Below are positions 36,462 through 50,176 of a stretch of 64,000 bases of DNA, one piece after another (the first letter of the stretch is position 1; every line of letters starts with the position of its first letter). The stretch covers positions 1 through 64,000 of the forward strand of contig RDEW01000010.1 in the NCBI GenBank assembly GCA_011109175.1. The letters run 5' to 3'. The notes beneath the pieces were generated by a model. That model saw only the letters and a program-made list of their open reading frames with translations. It was not told the DNA's origin and did no database searches. The position numbers and the translations under genes are program-made. The DNA comes from Dicyema japonicum. Taxonomy: Eukaryota; Animalia; Dicyemida.

Positions 36462-36944
36462 TAGGGAGAAACAAGAAACGTCTTCTGACCACGTAAAAAG
36501 CTCATAGCCGTGACCTGTCAATTTGAGGCCATTGACAGAAATCCACTGCTATTTTCTGGTGGTCTCATTTTAATAAAGGAGGATAAGCTTACAATGTCGT
36601 TGACTGTATAATAGCCCTCTGTGGGGCCCGTACGTCTGTGTTTGACATGCCAGATCAAGACCCTCCGCGTCCAGGGGATATTGGAGGAATCCTATAATGG
36701 TTGCTAACATATCTTAACAAATTGATCGAAACTTATAGAGCCATTTCACGGAATAAACTTCACGGTTTTTTCCAACCTAACAAAAATCAATGGTAAACTC
36801 CTAGCACAACTCGACATCATGCGGAAATGTGCAATGAACAGTGTAGCCTGGAAGCACAAGAGGAATCCTAGTTATTATCTCCCGTGCTTTTAATAGAGCC
36901 AATAAACAAAAAATTAAGCTACTTAAGATAAAGTAAAAAAGTAA

Positions 36945-37944
36945 TCAAACAAGTTTATGCCATTTAACAAATTTTGAAATAATTTCTGCGACTTTATCGG
37001 GCACATCCTCGTGAATTATGTGCCCACAGTTCCCTATGGACACAAGTTGGAATTTCCTTGCATTTGTCCGACCATTAAAATTTCATCCAAATTATCAATC
37101 GTTCTCAAAATAAGCAGTTTCTTTGCACTCGCACGCAAAAAATCTGTCGACATACCTTGAAACCAGTTTTTCCAGTATTTTTTGGTTTTGTCGAGATTTA
37201 ATCTCCAATTCGTATATTATTTCACAATTTTGTTCAACTTCAGCTAACTTTAATCAACAATGATAAAATACCTGTGAGGGCATGGAAACTCGGTTTGACA
37301 GTTCATTTATGCAGGTCATTGATTCTCTCCTCCACGTGATTGCTTCTTTCAGGGATCTATAATAATCATATTCACAACTTAAAATTTGTTGGTCTTGATG
37401 AAATGAAACTGTTTGTCTCTCGAATGTTTTTCAGGACGAGTCCTTCGACTGCATCCAAAACTACAAGTCCACTGACCTTCTCTTCAAATTGATTTGCTAT
37501 TCGAACGGCAACTGATCCACCCAATGAATGGCCCACAACGACAACTTTGCGATTTCCAGTGAAATAAAGTTCAAAAAATTCGGAGACATCCTGAACCAAT
37601 GAATCAATGGTCATATCCCCGGATACATAACTGACTCCATGATTTCTCATGTCGATAGCGACACATTGACTATTTGATAACTTTTTTATTTCTGACACAA
37701 AGCAGCACCAAGAGAGAGCTGTAAGACCGGCTCCGTGAAGCAGTAAATACGAAATTTCTTCTGTTTCTTCAGTGGGATCAGATATGTAGACACGAAAGGT
37801 ACCCTTGGTCAACTTAACGTCCTCAAAACGAGTAAAGAAACAACTCCATTCAATTGGAGACAAGTCTGACGACTGTGATAAAGTCGGAAAACTAGTTTTA
37901 TTTTTGATAAGTTTCCCAAGAACCTCTTTTCGTAATCCTGACAT
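36945..37944 (-). CDS. PPME1: Protein phosphatase methylesterase 1; 2 micro-introns
   Basis: LLLHGAGLTALSW, AIDMRNHG, GHSLGG, LDAVEG, SRPTNFK|SLKEAITW, RVSMPSQ|, WRLNLDKTKKYWKNWFQG, MVGQMQGKFQL and CGHIIHEDVPDKVAE; one extra base near 37208. Confidence 0.93.
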
Positions 37945-38109
37945 TAATTCCACCAAAAGATTTAATACAACTATTTTTAAATTTATATAAATATAATAAT
38001 TTAAATTAATATTTTAATTGAATATTTTTGGAACACTTTTTATGACATCTAACGTATCCTATACAAATGGAACTAAAAGACGCCGTCCATTGCTGACCGA
38101 ATTTTTTTT

Positions 38110-41100
38110 ATGACGTTGTGGTTCACCAAGAGGTGTCATTTGGTTGTGTCTGTGCCCTACACAGCACACATGAAAAAGAACTACACCATTTCCCTATCGT
38201 CTCTCTTCAAGGAGATCTCGATGGCGACCATTGAGCGGGCACGAAGCTTTCGCTCCCAAGAATCCCTCCTGACATCCGGTGACATTGAACTAAACCCAGG
38301 GCCGCAGAATAGACCCATCAGAATCTTACAACTTAACATCAATGGAATCACCTCGAAACATAACGAATTGGCTGAGTACTTGGTTAAACACCGTATTGAC
38401 ATTGCCCTTCTACAGGAGTCACGTTTGTCTGCTTTCTCCCAAACACCAAAATTCAAAAACTACTCTTTGCTCCGTTCTGAGCGACCAAATGGATCTCACG
38501 GTGGTGGCCTGGTCACCCTCATTCACAACTCCATCCCATTCACGGATACCACTGACCACACATTGACAGCGGCTTCTGATAAACATATGGAATTGCTATC
38601 CATCACCATCAATATTATGTCAACTCCTTACACAATTCTGAATATCTACATTCCCCCTTCGTCTTGCTGCCAGAAGAGTTACCGACCAAACCTAGAATTC
38701 CTTCAACTATACGAAAACATAGTTATTTGCGGCGATCTAAACGCTAAAGATCCACTATGGTTCCGAAACCAGAATTCGGACCACAGAGGGAAACAAGTGA
38801 TCTCTGAACTGGAACACCTAGTGATATTAAATAACCCCCGCCAACACACGAGATGTGGAACACGCCCTGGGGATTCTAACACGTCTCCCGACCTCTCCAT
38901 ATGCTCAGCTCCCCTTGCAAAATCGATCTACTGGGATGTCAGATATGACTTACCCTCAGATCATAACCCTATTCTGATCGACATCTTCTTGCATTTCGGA
39001 CGAACTATGTCGAGGCGAACCTATGTGAACTACAAAAGGGCGAGATGGATCGACTTCACGGTTGACGTCGAAACATCGCTGGAAAACTTCTCTGAAAAAT
39101 TTTACCTCTCCAGACAAAGCCATTGCACATTTCAACTCAGCCATCCTTTCGGCGGATAGAAAGCACGTCCCTAAAGGATTCATCCATGATTACAAACTAT
39201 TTTTCAACAAAGAAATATTGGATCTCATCTGTGAGAGAAGACACCTAAAACGTTCCCGAACAACCAACCAGCAACTCCAAGATGAAATTTCTTCCCTAAA
39301 CAAGAAGATAACCCACCTCATTACGGAGCTCAAAAAGGAGAAGTGGTCCACTTTCGTCTCTCGATTGAATCCAAAATCAAAACCCCAAAGTTTCTGGAGA
39401 TTTATCAGAGAAATACAATCAAATCAAACCGAATCGAGCACAACCCATGGAGGTAGACTTGGAAAGGACAACCAAACGAAAGATTTCCACTGCCAGGCAA
39501 ATGACTTGATGACTCACTATTGCAAAATGAGTCATATTCCAATGAATAAAGAAAATCGACCTCATATTACTAAACCCCCAAAAGTAACAAAGGCACGATT
39601 CGAAGTATCACTAAGTCATGTTCAAAACCTCATTACAAACTCAAGAAACTCACCAGCCACGGGACCCGATCGGATCAGCATATTCCACCTAAAGCACCTC
39701 GGTCCAAACGGGCTCTTGGCACTTAAAGATATCTACGAATTCTCCATCAACAGGTGTTTCATCCCGATGTTATGGAAGAAGTCGAACATTATCCTAATAC
39801 TCAAGAACAACAAAGCCTCCTCCTTGCCCTCTTCGTTCAGGCCAATTTCCTTAACATCTGTTGTCTCAAAAATCCTCGAAAGGATCATTCTTAACGAAAT
39901 CACCACTACCTCGACCTCTCCGACTCACAACATGGTTTCCGTCCTTTACACTCGAACACCACGCACTTACTGACACTAACCCAATACATCTCCAACGGTT
40001 TCAACAACTGCAAACCCCCGGAACGAACTGTCTTGGCCTCTATTGACCTAACTAAAGCTTTCGACAGAATCTCCCGTGTGGTCCTCTGCAACAAGATCTA
40101 TTCTTCAAATATTCCCTCTGTATGGAAGTCATGGCTCACAAATTTCCTCTCGGGAAGACTGGGTCATACGTGTCTATATTCAAATCTATCAAGATATCGA
40201 CTCCTACCAAACGGTGTTCCCCAGGGATCAGTCCTTTCACCCTCACTTTTCAACCTTTACGTCAAAGACATCCCAACAACCCAAAATACGTTACTATTGA
40301 CATATGCCGATGATCTAGTAATCGCATCCAGGAGTGGCGATGTTCGACTGGCCACCGAAAAAGTGCAGTACCACCTGAACTTGCTATCCGACTGGATGAA
40401 CTTAAACTGGATGAGTGTTTCCACCTCGAAGTCATCAGCTACCCTGTTCACAACCGATCGAAGACAATTCAACCTAAACCCCACACTCTCGTTGGGAGAC
40501 GAACCACTCCCCTTAAATAAATACCCGAAGATCCTTGGAGTTGTCTTCGATCCTTCACTCTGTTTCAACAGACAAGTGGAGGAAGTAATGACAAAAGCCA
40601 AGCGGAAACTTAACATATTACGGGCAGTAGCTGGCCACTCAAACGGTCAGCAAAAAGAAAACTTAACTCTTCTCTACAAACAGTTCATCAGGACTACACT
40701 CAACTACGCCTCACCAAGTTGGGCCCCCTCAATCTCCTTGTCCCTTTCTCAAGAACTGCAGAAAGTGCAAAACTCGGCGCTGAGAATAATAACTGGCTTA
40801 AAGTCAACCCCCACCGACCATTTACATTGGGAGTCGAAAATCCTCCCGCTCTATGACCACCTGGAAATGCGTAATTTACAATTCCTACGGCAGTCGTTCG
40901 ACCCGAATCACCCAGTTCACGCTCTGCTAAGTAACAATAACCGCAGATACATACGCAGGACCCTCTTTGACCTACAAAGAGCCTTGTCGAAGATCACCCC
41001 CCTCAAGAAGACTCAACTTGGACCCGCCGAATCCATGATTTCATCTCGACACGGGCCACTAGGACACTTCAATATAACAAAGTCTTGGAGCGCTTCCCCC

Positions 41101-41340
41101 TTGATATCAGTCCAACGGAACAATCGCTCCCGAGGAAGATCAGAATCGGACTGGCTCGCCTACGATGTGGACACCACCCTTTCCTGGCTGGCAGAGTAGT
41201 TCGGGACCTTTTTCCCTGCCCTGGACCACCGGATGCAAAAGTCGAGGATCTCTGGGAGCGGCCTGTCCGGACTGCACGCTCTTTGATGGTCGCCGGCTTC
41301 CCACTTGCTGGCGAAGCCGGGGTTAATAATTTAATTTAAT
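38110..41340 (+). mobile_element. Near full-length APE-RT LINE (I/Ingi/Jockey-like) with an N-terminal 2A-like peptide
   Basis: SLLTSGDIELNPGP, then LQLNINGI, ALLQES, GGGL, CGDLNA and SDHNP (APE); ATGPD, FRPISLTS, DLTKAFD, GVPQGSVLSP and YADD (RT); C-terminal LARLRCGH; about 3 frameshifts. Confidence 0.92.
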
Positions 41341-42800
41341 TGCTGACCGAAGCGAAAAGTTTCAAGAATTTAAAGAAGATTGACTGGTCTGACTTTTCTG
41401 ACTTAGTAGACTTGGAATTGGTCAAAGGACTATCATCCCATATACGTTCGATAGATGAAGTCGCAAAAATCATCAGTGTGGCCATTCAAAAGGCTGACAA
41501 CATATTTATTCCCCTCTCATCATACACGAATTTTGTACCTACCCTCAATTCCGGGACACTTTACTCATAAAATGAAGGAACCAAATGAAAAGACCGACGG
41601 AGTTGAAATCCATCAGACAACTAAATAAAAGTATCAATTGGAGCATAAAAGACCATCAGGATCAGAGGTGGTGTTACCTAATCAATCGCCTTTACGGGAA
41701 AAGTTCATCTCATCAATTTTGGAAAACATTTATAAATCAGAGTTTGAAGATACGAACGGAACCTGTAACCCCTCTCCAGAACATATTTGTCATATACACC
41801 CTAATCTACTTATGAAACATTACGCTGCGATCAGCTTCAAGAAATTCTCTAAACAACTGAATATCAAAGTACGTGCCTGCAAACCGAAAAATGAACCTTA
41901 CCAAGAACTATTCTCAGACAAGCAGGTCTCAGAGGTTATCGCCCAATTAAAGAACTCACGGGCCTGCGGCCCTGACAAAGTATCTTCAATTCACCTAAAA
42001 CACCTAAGCAAATACGCAATTAGCTACTTAACGAAAATTTTTAACCTGTCCGTTAACTGGAACACTATCCCCAAATATGGAAGAACTCGCTCATCACTCC
42101 AATTCATAAGACCGGAAAATCAAAAGGAGATCTTAATTCATACAGACCAATCTCATTGACCTCTACTATATCAAAAGTGTTGGAAAAGTTGATCCTATCT
42201 GAAATTACCCCTTCCCTAACTCCAACCGAATTTCCAACACGGATTCCGTTCTGGAAGATCAACCACGACTTTCTTATTAACGTTTTCGCAGTTTATTGTG
42301 GATGGTTTCAACACTACCCCAAAACATATGCGGACAACAATGGTCTCGATTGACATCAACAAGGCGTTTGACTGGGTACCGAGGAAACACTTAATTAGAA
42401 AAATCTTTGATTCAAAAATTCGCCAGGACCTGCCAACAGACATTGACAAGGACTTCCTACAGCTTTCTTATGCTGACGATATCATCATTGCAACAAGAAG
42501 CAGTTCAACATCAGAAGCAGTCTCACTCGAACAGAAGAAAGTGAATTGTATCCACGATTGGTTGATAGCTAACCGTCTCTCGTTATTGGCTCCAAAATCA
42601 TCATGCACTCTATTTACCTCCGACCGACGGTCCAAAGAAAAACCAGATATCTTCATCGGACATATTCGGAAATTTGTCACAAGAAACCCCTCAATCCTGG
42701 GAGTAACATACGACATGCTGCTTAATTTTATCTACCTTTATAAGCACCTTAATGAGATAATACTCCGAGCTCGCATAAGAAATGGGTTGATTTTAATCCT
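41340..42800 (+). mobile_element. Second, more degraded LINE of a related family
   Basis: ACGPDKVSSIHLKHL, ISKVLEKLIL, DINKAFD, YADDIIIATR, ILGVTYD. Confidence 0.85.
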
Positions 42801-42949
42801 CTTGTAGAAAAAGGGTGGCTCATAGAACTAAAAATAACTAACAGTCAACTAACAAGAGTGAAAAGATTATACAAACTAAATCAATTGTAAGTTAGTTATT
42901 ATAAAGAAAAAACACTGTAAGTTAAGTGATGGAGGAAGTAATATGAAAC

Positions 42950-43560
42950 GGTAGGGTATGCCAACCGACTTCTACCCCGACAGTCTACCCAAAAAAATCC
43001 GTAGACACAAGCTCATCTCTGAAGATATGTGCCATATACTTTAGTCGATTTTTGAAACCTCGAATAAGATTTTCGATAGTTCCGTCAATCTTGCACATTT
43101 TTCCTGAGGATAGAGTCTATCTTTTTCGAATCGTACCATCCTTCTAAACCGTATAACATTTCAGGTAGCATCGCAGTGTTGAAGACATAAACAAAGGTCT
43201 CCTGCTCGAGGTTTAATTTTCTAACGCAGTAAAGAGCGTTCGTAGCTTTTTTCTTTCGTATTTTAGCATGTTCCATAAATTAAGAGGCCAAGGGGCCAAG
43301 GTATTTCCCTCCTCAATTAAGAGGCCATGGTATTTCATAGTCTTCTTCCGAGGTATGTCTTGTAACAAGCTCTTTAGGTTAGCCATCCTCCTGCTTCCAG
43401 TTATTCTCAGCATACCAGACTTCTCATGTGCCACCGAAAAGAAGTTTTCATTGCACCATTCTTCAATCTGGTCCATGTAGGTCTTCAATCGTTTCTCATA
43501 TACCAAAGGGTTTAAAGAAACATCATAAATTATAATGTCATCAGCTTATATCAAAATTTC
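42950..43560 (-). mobile_element. LINE 3' fragment related to 5230-7380
   Basis: IEEWCNENFFSV, MKYHGLLI and LEQETFVYVF parallel the 6586-7314 ORF. Confidence 0.7.
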
Positions 43561-45005
43561 TGTACGTGAGTTTTCTGGGGAAGGCAATTGTAACATTGCA
43601 AGTCAAAATAAAGAACGATGGGAAACCTTTATAAGGAAACAAACATAAAACACACCTGGAAGCCTTACACTGATATACCTGACTGTAGTTATTTTCCTGC
43701 TGACCACCGGTTTACTTCACTCGAAAGAACTAAATCAATAATACCATAGAAATCAACAACGAGACTCAAGAAGTAAAAAAATTGTAAATTTTACATAACT
43801 AATGCCTCAGAGTCTTATTGTAGCACAGATTATGGGTTACCTGATGAATGCCAGCGAGATCATAAAATGTCAAAGTCTCTGTAGCATCCCTTGGGTCGGA
43901 AGTCATATCATATCTGGAATCATTCCCCTTCTCCTTTATGGAGATTAACTCTCTGACTTTAATAAATTAATTTTATATTGATCTTTTAAATTTTTTAGTT
44001 GATTTAGTGACGTCACTGTAATCCTGATGAATTTATACATGGGTAATATATATTTTATGAACCAAATCAACATTGTAATAGTAGAAATTAAACTCGGTTT
44101 TCGGTAAGTTGTGAATTATTTTACCTCAGTATTTTCAGAAGCAAGGATTGTTTATTCACAAACCCAACAATGATAGAAAAAACTGATATACTTCATGTTT
44201 TGTCTTTTTTCCGACTAACGATATAATGGACAATTGATATAGTCGGTGTTCAACATAGTCAATTAGAAAGGAAACCGTGCTCTCATATGGAAACAGTTTT
44301 TGCGTTCGAGAAGAGGTCGTTCGTTCACAGACAGGCACCAACAAGGAGACTCGATATAACCTTTTTATTTCGTAAATAGATGATTTTTGCACGCAATCCT
44401 TTCAATTTGTGGTACCTGGACTACAATCAGTGGTCCCAATGATGTTGTGTTGCACGACCTTTGATTGGCTTATATGTCGGATCTGACCTTTTCTGGTGTT
44501 CACCAGACTGATGGTAAACTAAGTGGTGCTCCCTCCATATATGTCCATAAGATTAAAGCTGCTTATGTTGTGTTTTTTATATCAAACAGTTTGGAGTAAG
44601 CTTGGTTTCCGTTTCTGGTGATTGGAAGAGACTTGACCATCTTTCCATTCGTATATATTTAGATCTCTCATGTGGAATGCGTTGCTGCATTCGCTAGTTA
44701 TGTTATCCATTGACTACTCATTCTATCCCCAAATGCGGACTCTGTCGAACGAAGGAAACCTAAGAAATATTCAGCCTTTGGAGTTCGTCCCAATAGCATT
44801 TGAAACCTCTAAAGAGGTACAAATAATTGATAGTGCATCCCCTATGCGACTCAGCGACTAAAGGAAATGGTTCTCACAACGCCATTGAACCATTATCATC
44901 CTAAGTAATGCCAATTATTTCTTGGAAACTGGAGTCAGATTTGTTGCCTTTTGTCTAATAAATATGACTAGTCAAATTATAGAAGTTTAAATCAGAGTTA
45001 AAAAA

Positions 45006-46550
45006 CTAGTGAGTCCACTTGATAGTTGATAAATCAATTCCCTCTTGAACCATCTCCCATAGTGGACTAAAAGTCATAATAATAAATAACCTCATCTCTC
45101 TTAATTGTTTCACCTTATCAGTTATCAAATCAACTACGTACTCTACTTCTTCCATGGTAGTAAAACGTCCAATACCAAACCGAATTGAAGAGTGCGAAGA
45201 CTCTTCATCAACTGATAGTCCTCGAAGGACATAGGATGGTTCTAAAGTACTCGATGTACAAGCACTATACTAAAGAATAAGAAAACCTTCCAGATGAGAG
45301 TGCCACATTTCGAACAGCCATTAATAGACTTTCTCCTTCCACATAACTAAAAGATATATTCACACATCCTGTCTTTCAAATAAGTCAACTAACCTGGATA
45401 AGAACTTTCTTTGTCCCCATTCCTAATTATGTGTCCCAAACGAGAAAACAATTCTTCCACCATAAACTTTGACAGTTTACTTACATGTTTATAGTCGTAC
45501 TAACAAATTAGCTGATATCAAACATTCATTTCCTCTTGACAAACAGCAGCTGCCTCTCCTAACCCAACAACGAGATTAACCGGTAGAGTTCCGCTTCGAA
45601 TGCCTCGTTCCTGACCACCACCAGAAATCTGCGATTGTAGACGCACACGGTTGGAACGATTTACAAAAAGAGCGCCAATTCCTAAGCAAATAATTTTCAA
45701 TCATAACCTTTTGGTCCGTAAATTTTATGTCCACTAATGGAGAGAAGGTCGATTTTGTCCCGTTTAACATCTACCGGTATTTTACCAACGGTTTGTGCAG
45801 CATCACAGTGAAAGAAGATCTTATTTTTTCTACAAAGTTCACCTATTGTGAGAAAACGATCTAACCAATATCACGGATAGGTTGGATTACTCCAATTTCA
45901 TTGTGGACTCCCATTATTGAGACCAAACATGTTTTGGGAGTTATTTTTGATTCAAGCAGCTTAAATATTATCTATGAAAACCTCCAAGTCGATGATTCCA
46001 TTTTGTTGAACTGGTAGGTAAGTCACGTCAAAACCTTGAATTTCCAAAACTCTACAAGAATCAAGTACACACTTATGTTCCTGATAAAATTAATTATTTA
46101 TACTATTTGGGTAGTTATAATATGGTTTTTCTTTTTCCCATAAAAATTTGCCACTCCCTTTAATGCCAAATTATTGGATTCAGTTGCTCCAGAAGTAAAA
46201 ATTATTTCACGCGACTCTGCGTTGATTAGGCGGGCAATTTGCTTTAAATTATTATTTATTTACTTCTCTGGCACGTTCGACCGCATATTCTGATTCCCAG
46301 CCATAAAAATGTGTCCTAGAGTGAGCATTTCCTAAGCGATGAGTCATATATGGAAGCATTGCATCAAGTACACGAGGGTCCTAATTATTGTTTAAAATAA
46401 CCCACCAGAGGTGTAGTGGCTTGATTATCAAGGTAAATCGGGCGTAGTTTTTGACGTTCTAGGGCTGGATTCCTAGAGGCTGAAATAATTATCATAGATA
46501 GTACCTAATGAACGAGTTTTGGGAAATATTAGTTTAAAATTAGAAAACAT
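45006..46550 (-). CDS. NFS1: Cysteine desulfurase, mitochondrial; 11 micro-introns (22-26 nt), intact frame
   Basis: [13 protein letters not shown]|[61 protein letters not shown] (PLP Lys), [17 protein letters not shown]|ACTS (catalytic Cys), [19 protein letters not shown]. Confidence 0.97.
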
Positions 46551-46649
46551 TGTAGTAGAGCGCATTGGTAACAGAAAAATAATGTTTAATTTTTGAAATT
46601 AAATTAAATATTTTTAATTATTCTACATAATTTCAATTTAATAAAAAAA

Positions 46650-47470
46650 GTTTGATCTCTCCTTGGATATTCAAAAAGCGTTTGACTCCGCCCCTAGGAA
46701 AAACTTAACTTGGAAAATATCTTAATCGGAAATACCTGGAAACTTTATACTCTGGTTGACTAACTTCTCTAGTGGTCGAAGGAACGTATTTATTTTGGAG
46801 ATTTAAGATCGGCATCACAACTTCTCCCGAGTTGCGTTCCCCAAGGATCACCCCTATCCCCTCTATTGTTCAACCTATTTACGACAGATCTCCTTATTCC
46901 AGAAAACTAGTACGACATCTTACTAACGTATGGAGATGACATTATTTTGGCCTTACGTTATCAAGATATTCAGGTTGCAAGATCTAGATTGCAACAAAAC
47001 CTGGACTATCTTAACATTTGGTTAATGGAAAATCTCCTATCAATTACCCCGAGAAACCAGTCACCACATTATTTATTTCAGACAGAAGATTAAGGAGACG
47101 ACGGTGGAACTAAAAGTGGATAATGCCGAAATCCCTTTTAGCAAACACAAGATAATTCTGGGAGTCACAATCGACGTGGATATGTGTTTTTCACAGCGTG
47201 TTAAAAACGTGATAATAAAATGCGAGAAAAAGGCTAACGTTGTGAAAAGAATCTCAGGAGTATGGAAGGCAACAAAACATATAGTCTTGAACTCTATTTA
47301 CAAGCAGTACGTCGAACTATCCATCTCATATGCGTGTGCTTCCTGGGGCCCATTTATCTCTTTGACAAATAACACTAAAATCGAAGCTAGTCATAAAAGG
47401 GCTTCCAAAATTACAAAACGATGGATTTCTGGAAAGTCCCAGTCTCCAATGCCTCTGGAATACTTAATAC
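46650..47470 (+). mobile_element. LINE RT fragment
   Basis: LDIQKAFDS, VPQGSPLSPLLFNL, YGDDI, ILGVTID, IYKQYV. Confidence 0.8.
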
Positions 47471-48399
47471 CTAAGAACTGAGGAGCGTGCCATTGCGATT
47501 ACGAGGAACCGATGCGTACTTGCGTGGGCTGAAAGGAGGAACATAGTGCAAAGCGGAAGTCTATTTTGGATCGTGTCGGGATTACATGATTTGTTTGTTT
47601 GGTGTTACCGTAATTTTTGGAATATTTTTCAATAGAGGATCCAATAGTACATAGAAGGGAGAAGGATTTGTGTTGATGAACCCTATAGTTTCAACTGCGA
47701 CAAGTCGGAAGACTAATTGGTAACTACGGGTTTCTTTTCAAAGTTTCATTCTTTGTTTACTTTTCTAACACTGATCGAATTTTACTAAAATGGAAAAAAT
47801 TAATTGACGAGTTACTTCTTAGTTGAGTCATCATTTTCTCTCTTACATATGTGAATGTTGGTTTTTTATCTGAAACAAGAACTTATCATGTCACTCTTGA
47901 AGGAATCAAAGCAATTAAGTCTGCCTTCTGAATAGACTGGATAGCCTAGTAAACACAAGTCGTTGAGACGATGGAATAGACGTCCCAAATTCGGCTGACA
48001 GAATCAAACCCGATTGTGCCTGTTTCCAAAAAAAGTAGCCTTGTACGATATGTTGGTCAAGTTACTCAATTTGAGTGGATCAAGAAGAGTTTCTTCAAAA
48101 GTTTCCAACCAACTCTTAACCTATCAGCAATTTCGTCGTCCAGCGCGGATATGCAGAAAAATGGAAGAATACTCAAGAAAGCAAACTGCGCTGTTAGTAA
48201 GCTTCTATAAGCCCCGTAGTTGGATGATCTTGTTTACCAATTGCTAAAAAATACCTTTGTCTATTAAAAATAATTCACCAATTCTTTAAGTTTTGATAAC
48301 CTTAGGAGGACACCTAATGTTCCTCTTGAATCATTCACCTCAGCGTAGTTACTCTCCCCAGAGACAACACTTTCATATTAAGCTACTAAGAAGAACTCC

Positions 48400-49850
48400 T
48401 CGGTTAACCCCAAACGGCAGACCACTGAGCTACAATTAAACATCAATGAGATAAAATACATAAATTTTGAAACTACGTTCTGATTCAAAAGACACCATTT
48501 AAACAGCCTTACTCAGTTGTTTCCAGGACATGTCAAAACTTGCTAACAGGACAAAGATTGTCGGTGGTTTCCTCACTCTATACCGAAAAGATCATAATGG
48601 AGGTGGGGATAAAAATCTATCTCTTGAGTAAACATCTTTGTACACCACCTGTTTCCTATGAAAAGAATTACATCTTGTCGATTTTTCCATTCTAATGAGG
48701 TGATCATCGGCAGTAATATTAATTTAAAAAACCGCCTATGGTTGGTATCTAATCTTCAGATAAAAGAAGGAAGTTATGAATGTCACAAACACGATAACTT
48801 TTTATAGTGAGATAGAGAACCAACATATTATTTTTTTGTTCTCCCATTTTGTATGCAATAAGGAGTGTACGACTCAATAAGCGACCATAACCATATTCTT
48901 TGAAGATAAAAAGAGAAACCTCGACTGGGCGAATGTTTTCATGTCATTAGAATTATATTGGAGAATTTACCATCCAATTAATGACTATCTCTTGTTTATC
49001 TGGATGGTTGTACTTACTTAGAGTAGTTGCTATATCACCTTATTATTTTGGAAGCAAGGTTATTATTTGTGCCTAAACATCACCTTGATAACGCCAAAGA
49101 ATATGACAGGATGACTATAACTACAGAAATCTCTCAAGCCTACTATAGAAAAAATGTAAGGCTTCAGGGTTTGAGAAATAAAATAAAAACTAAGAAGTCA
49201 AAATAGATTCAAGTGCTTTCGGCGTTAAACCGAAATAAATCCACAGTAGAATTAGAAACTATTTGAGACATTTCAACTGATGAAAGGATGATCACAGCCG
49301 AAAGGATCTGAATAGTCTGATAAAATATTAAACGGAGACATTCCACAGGGATCAAAGAAACTGAATGTTAGTAAACCGGGAGCCAGAATCAACATACTTT
49401 ACTGAAAACGATGTGGTTGATGTATTGAAGCTCATAAAAACAGTCTACTCTACTGATGCTGATTAACAAAAACTTTATCCTGACTACATGGAAATTTGTA
49501 CACCTCCCCCAGAGTCTGAAACCGGAAAAGACAAAAAAACAACAGATTTATATAAACCGGAGCTATTCTTCTCGATGCATAAAATCCTGGAAAAACTGAT
49601 ATTTTAGGAAATCAAAAATTTCTTCCATTATGAGATTTCAAAATAAATTCAAGGAAGTAATCAACTTTGATGACCGACTTCCTATCCCATGTTTTGGCAT
49701 AAATCTGGACATCTGAAAACTGTTTTACTTTATCGACGCAATCAAGGGTATCAATTAAATGTCAAGAAAGATTTTTACTTAAAAATTTTTCATACAAAAA
49801 TCGCTGAAAAGCTTAAACTCTTGCTGGGTAACCTCCTTAATAATCGAAAA
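48400..49850 (+). mobile_element. Highly degraded LINE (APE to start of RT)
   Basis: LQLNINE, SDHNH and HKILEKLI remnants in broken frames. Confidence 0.5.
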
Positions 49851-50176
49851 AAACGTGTGCGCAGGTCTATTTTGAGTCTTCTTTCTATCTCATGCTTACG
49901 TCTTAGCTTTGCGATCTGAACATCCATTTACTGAGTCTCTCGGGACTATGGAAGATCAGAATCATCTCATCTTAGAAACTTTACAAGCAGTACATCGATT
50001 TCATGCGCATACAGCTCGTAACAAATCTCGAGAAAAGAACATCGGGCCAACATGAGGTCTCAGCTGGGCGTGTCACATGAGTAATTATTTTAATTTCAAA
50101 AGAAAACCTAATGAGGGGAATATAAACGAGTATACCAAAACAAATTTATAGTTAACAAAGTGAAAAATTATCCAAA

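Noticed and set aside
38085-38175. HDV-like ribozyme at the 5' end of the 2A-LINE (also sought near 26000-26040 for the RTE)
   Set aside because: Hairpins are possible, but I could not build the nested double pseudoknot; a descriptor search is needed.
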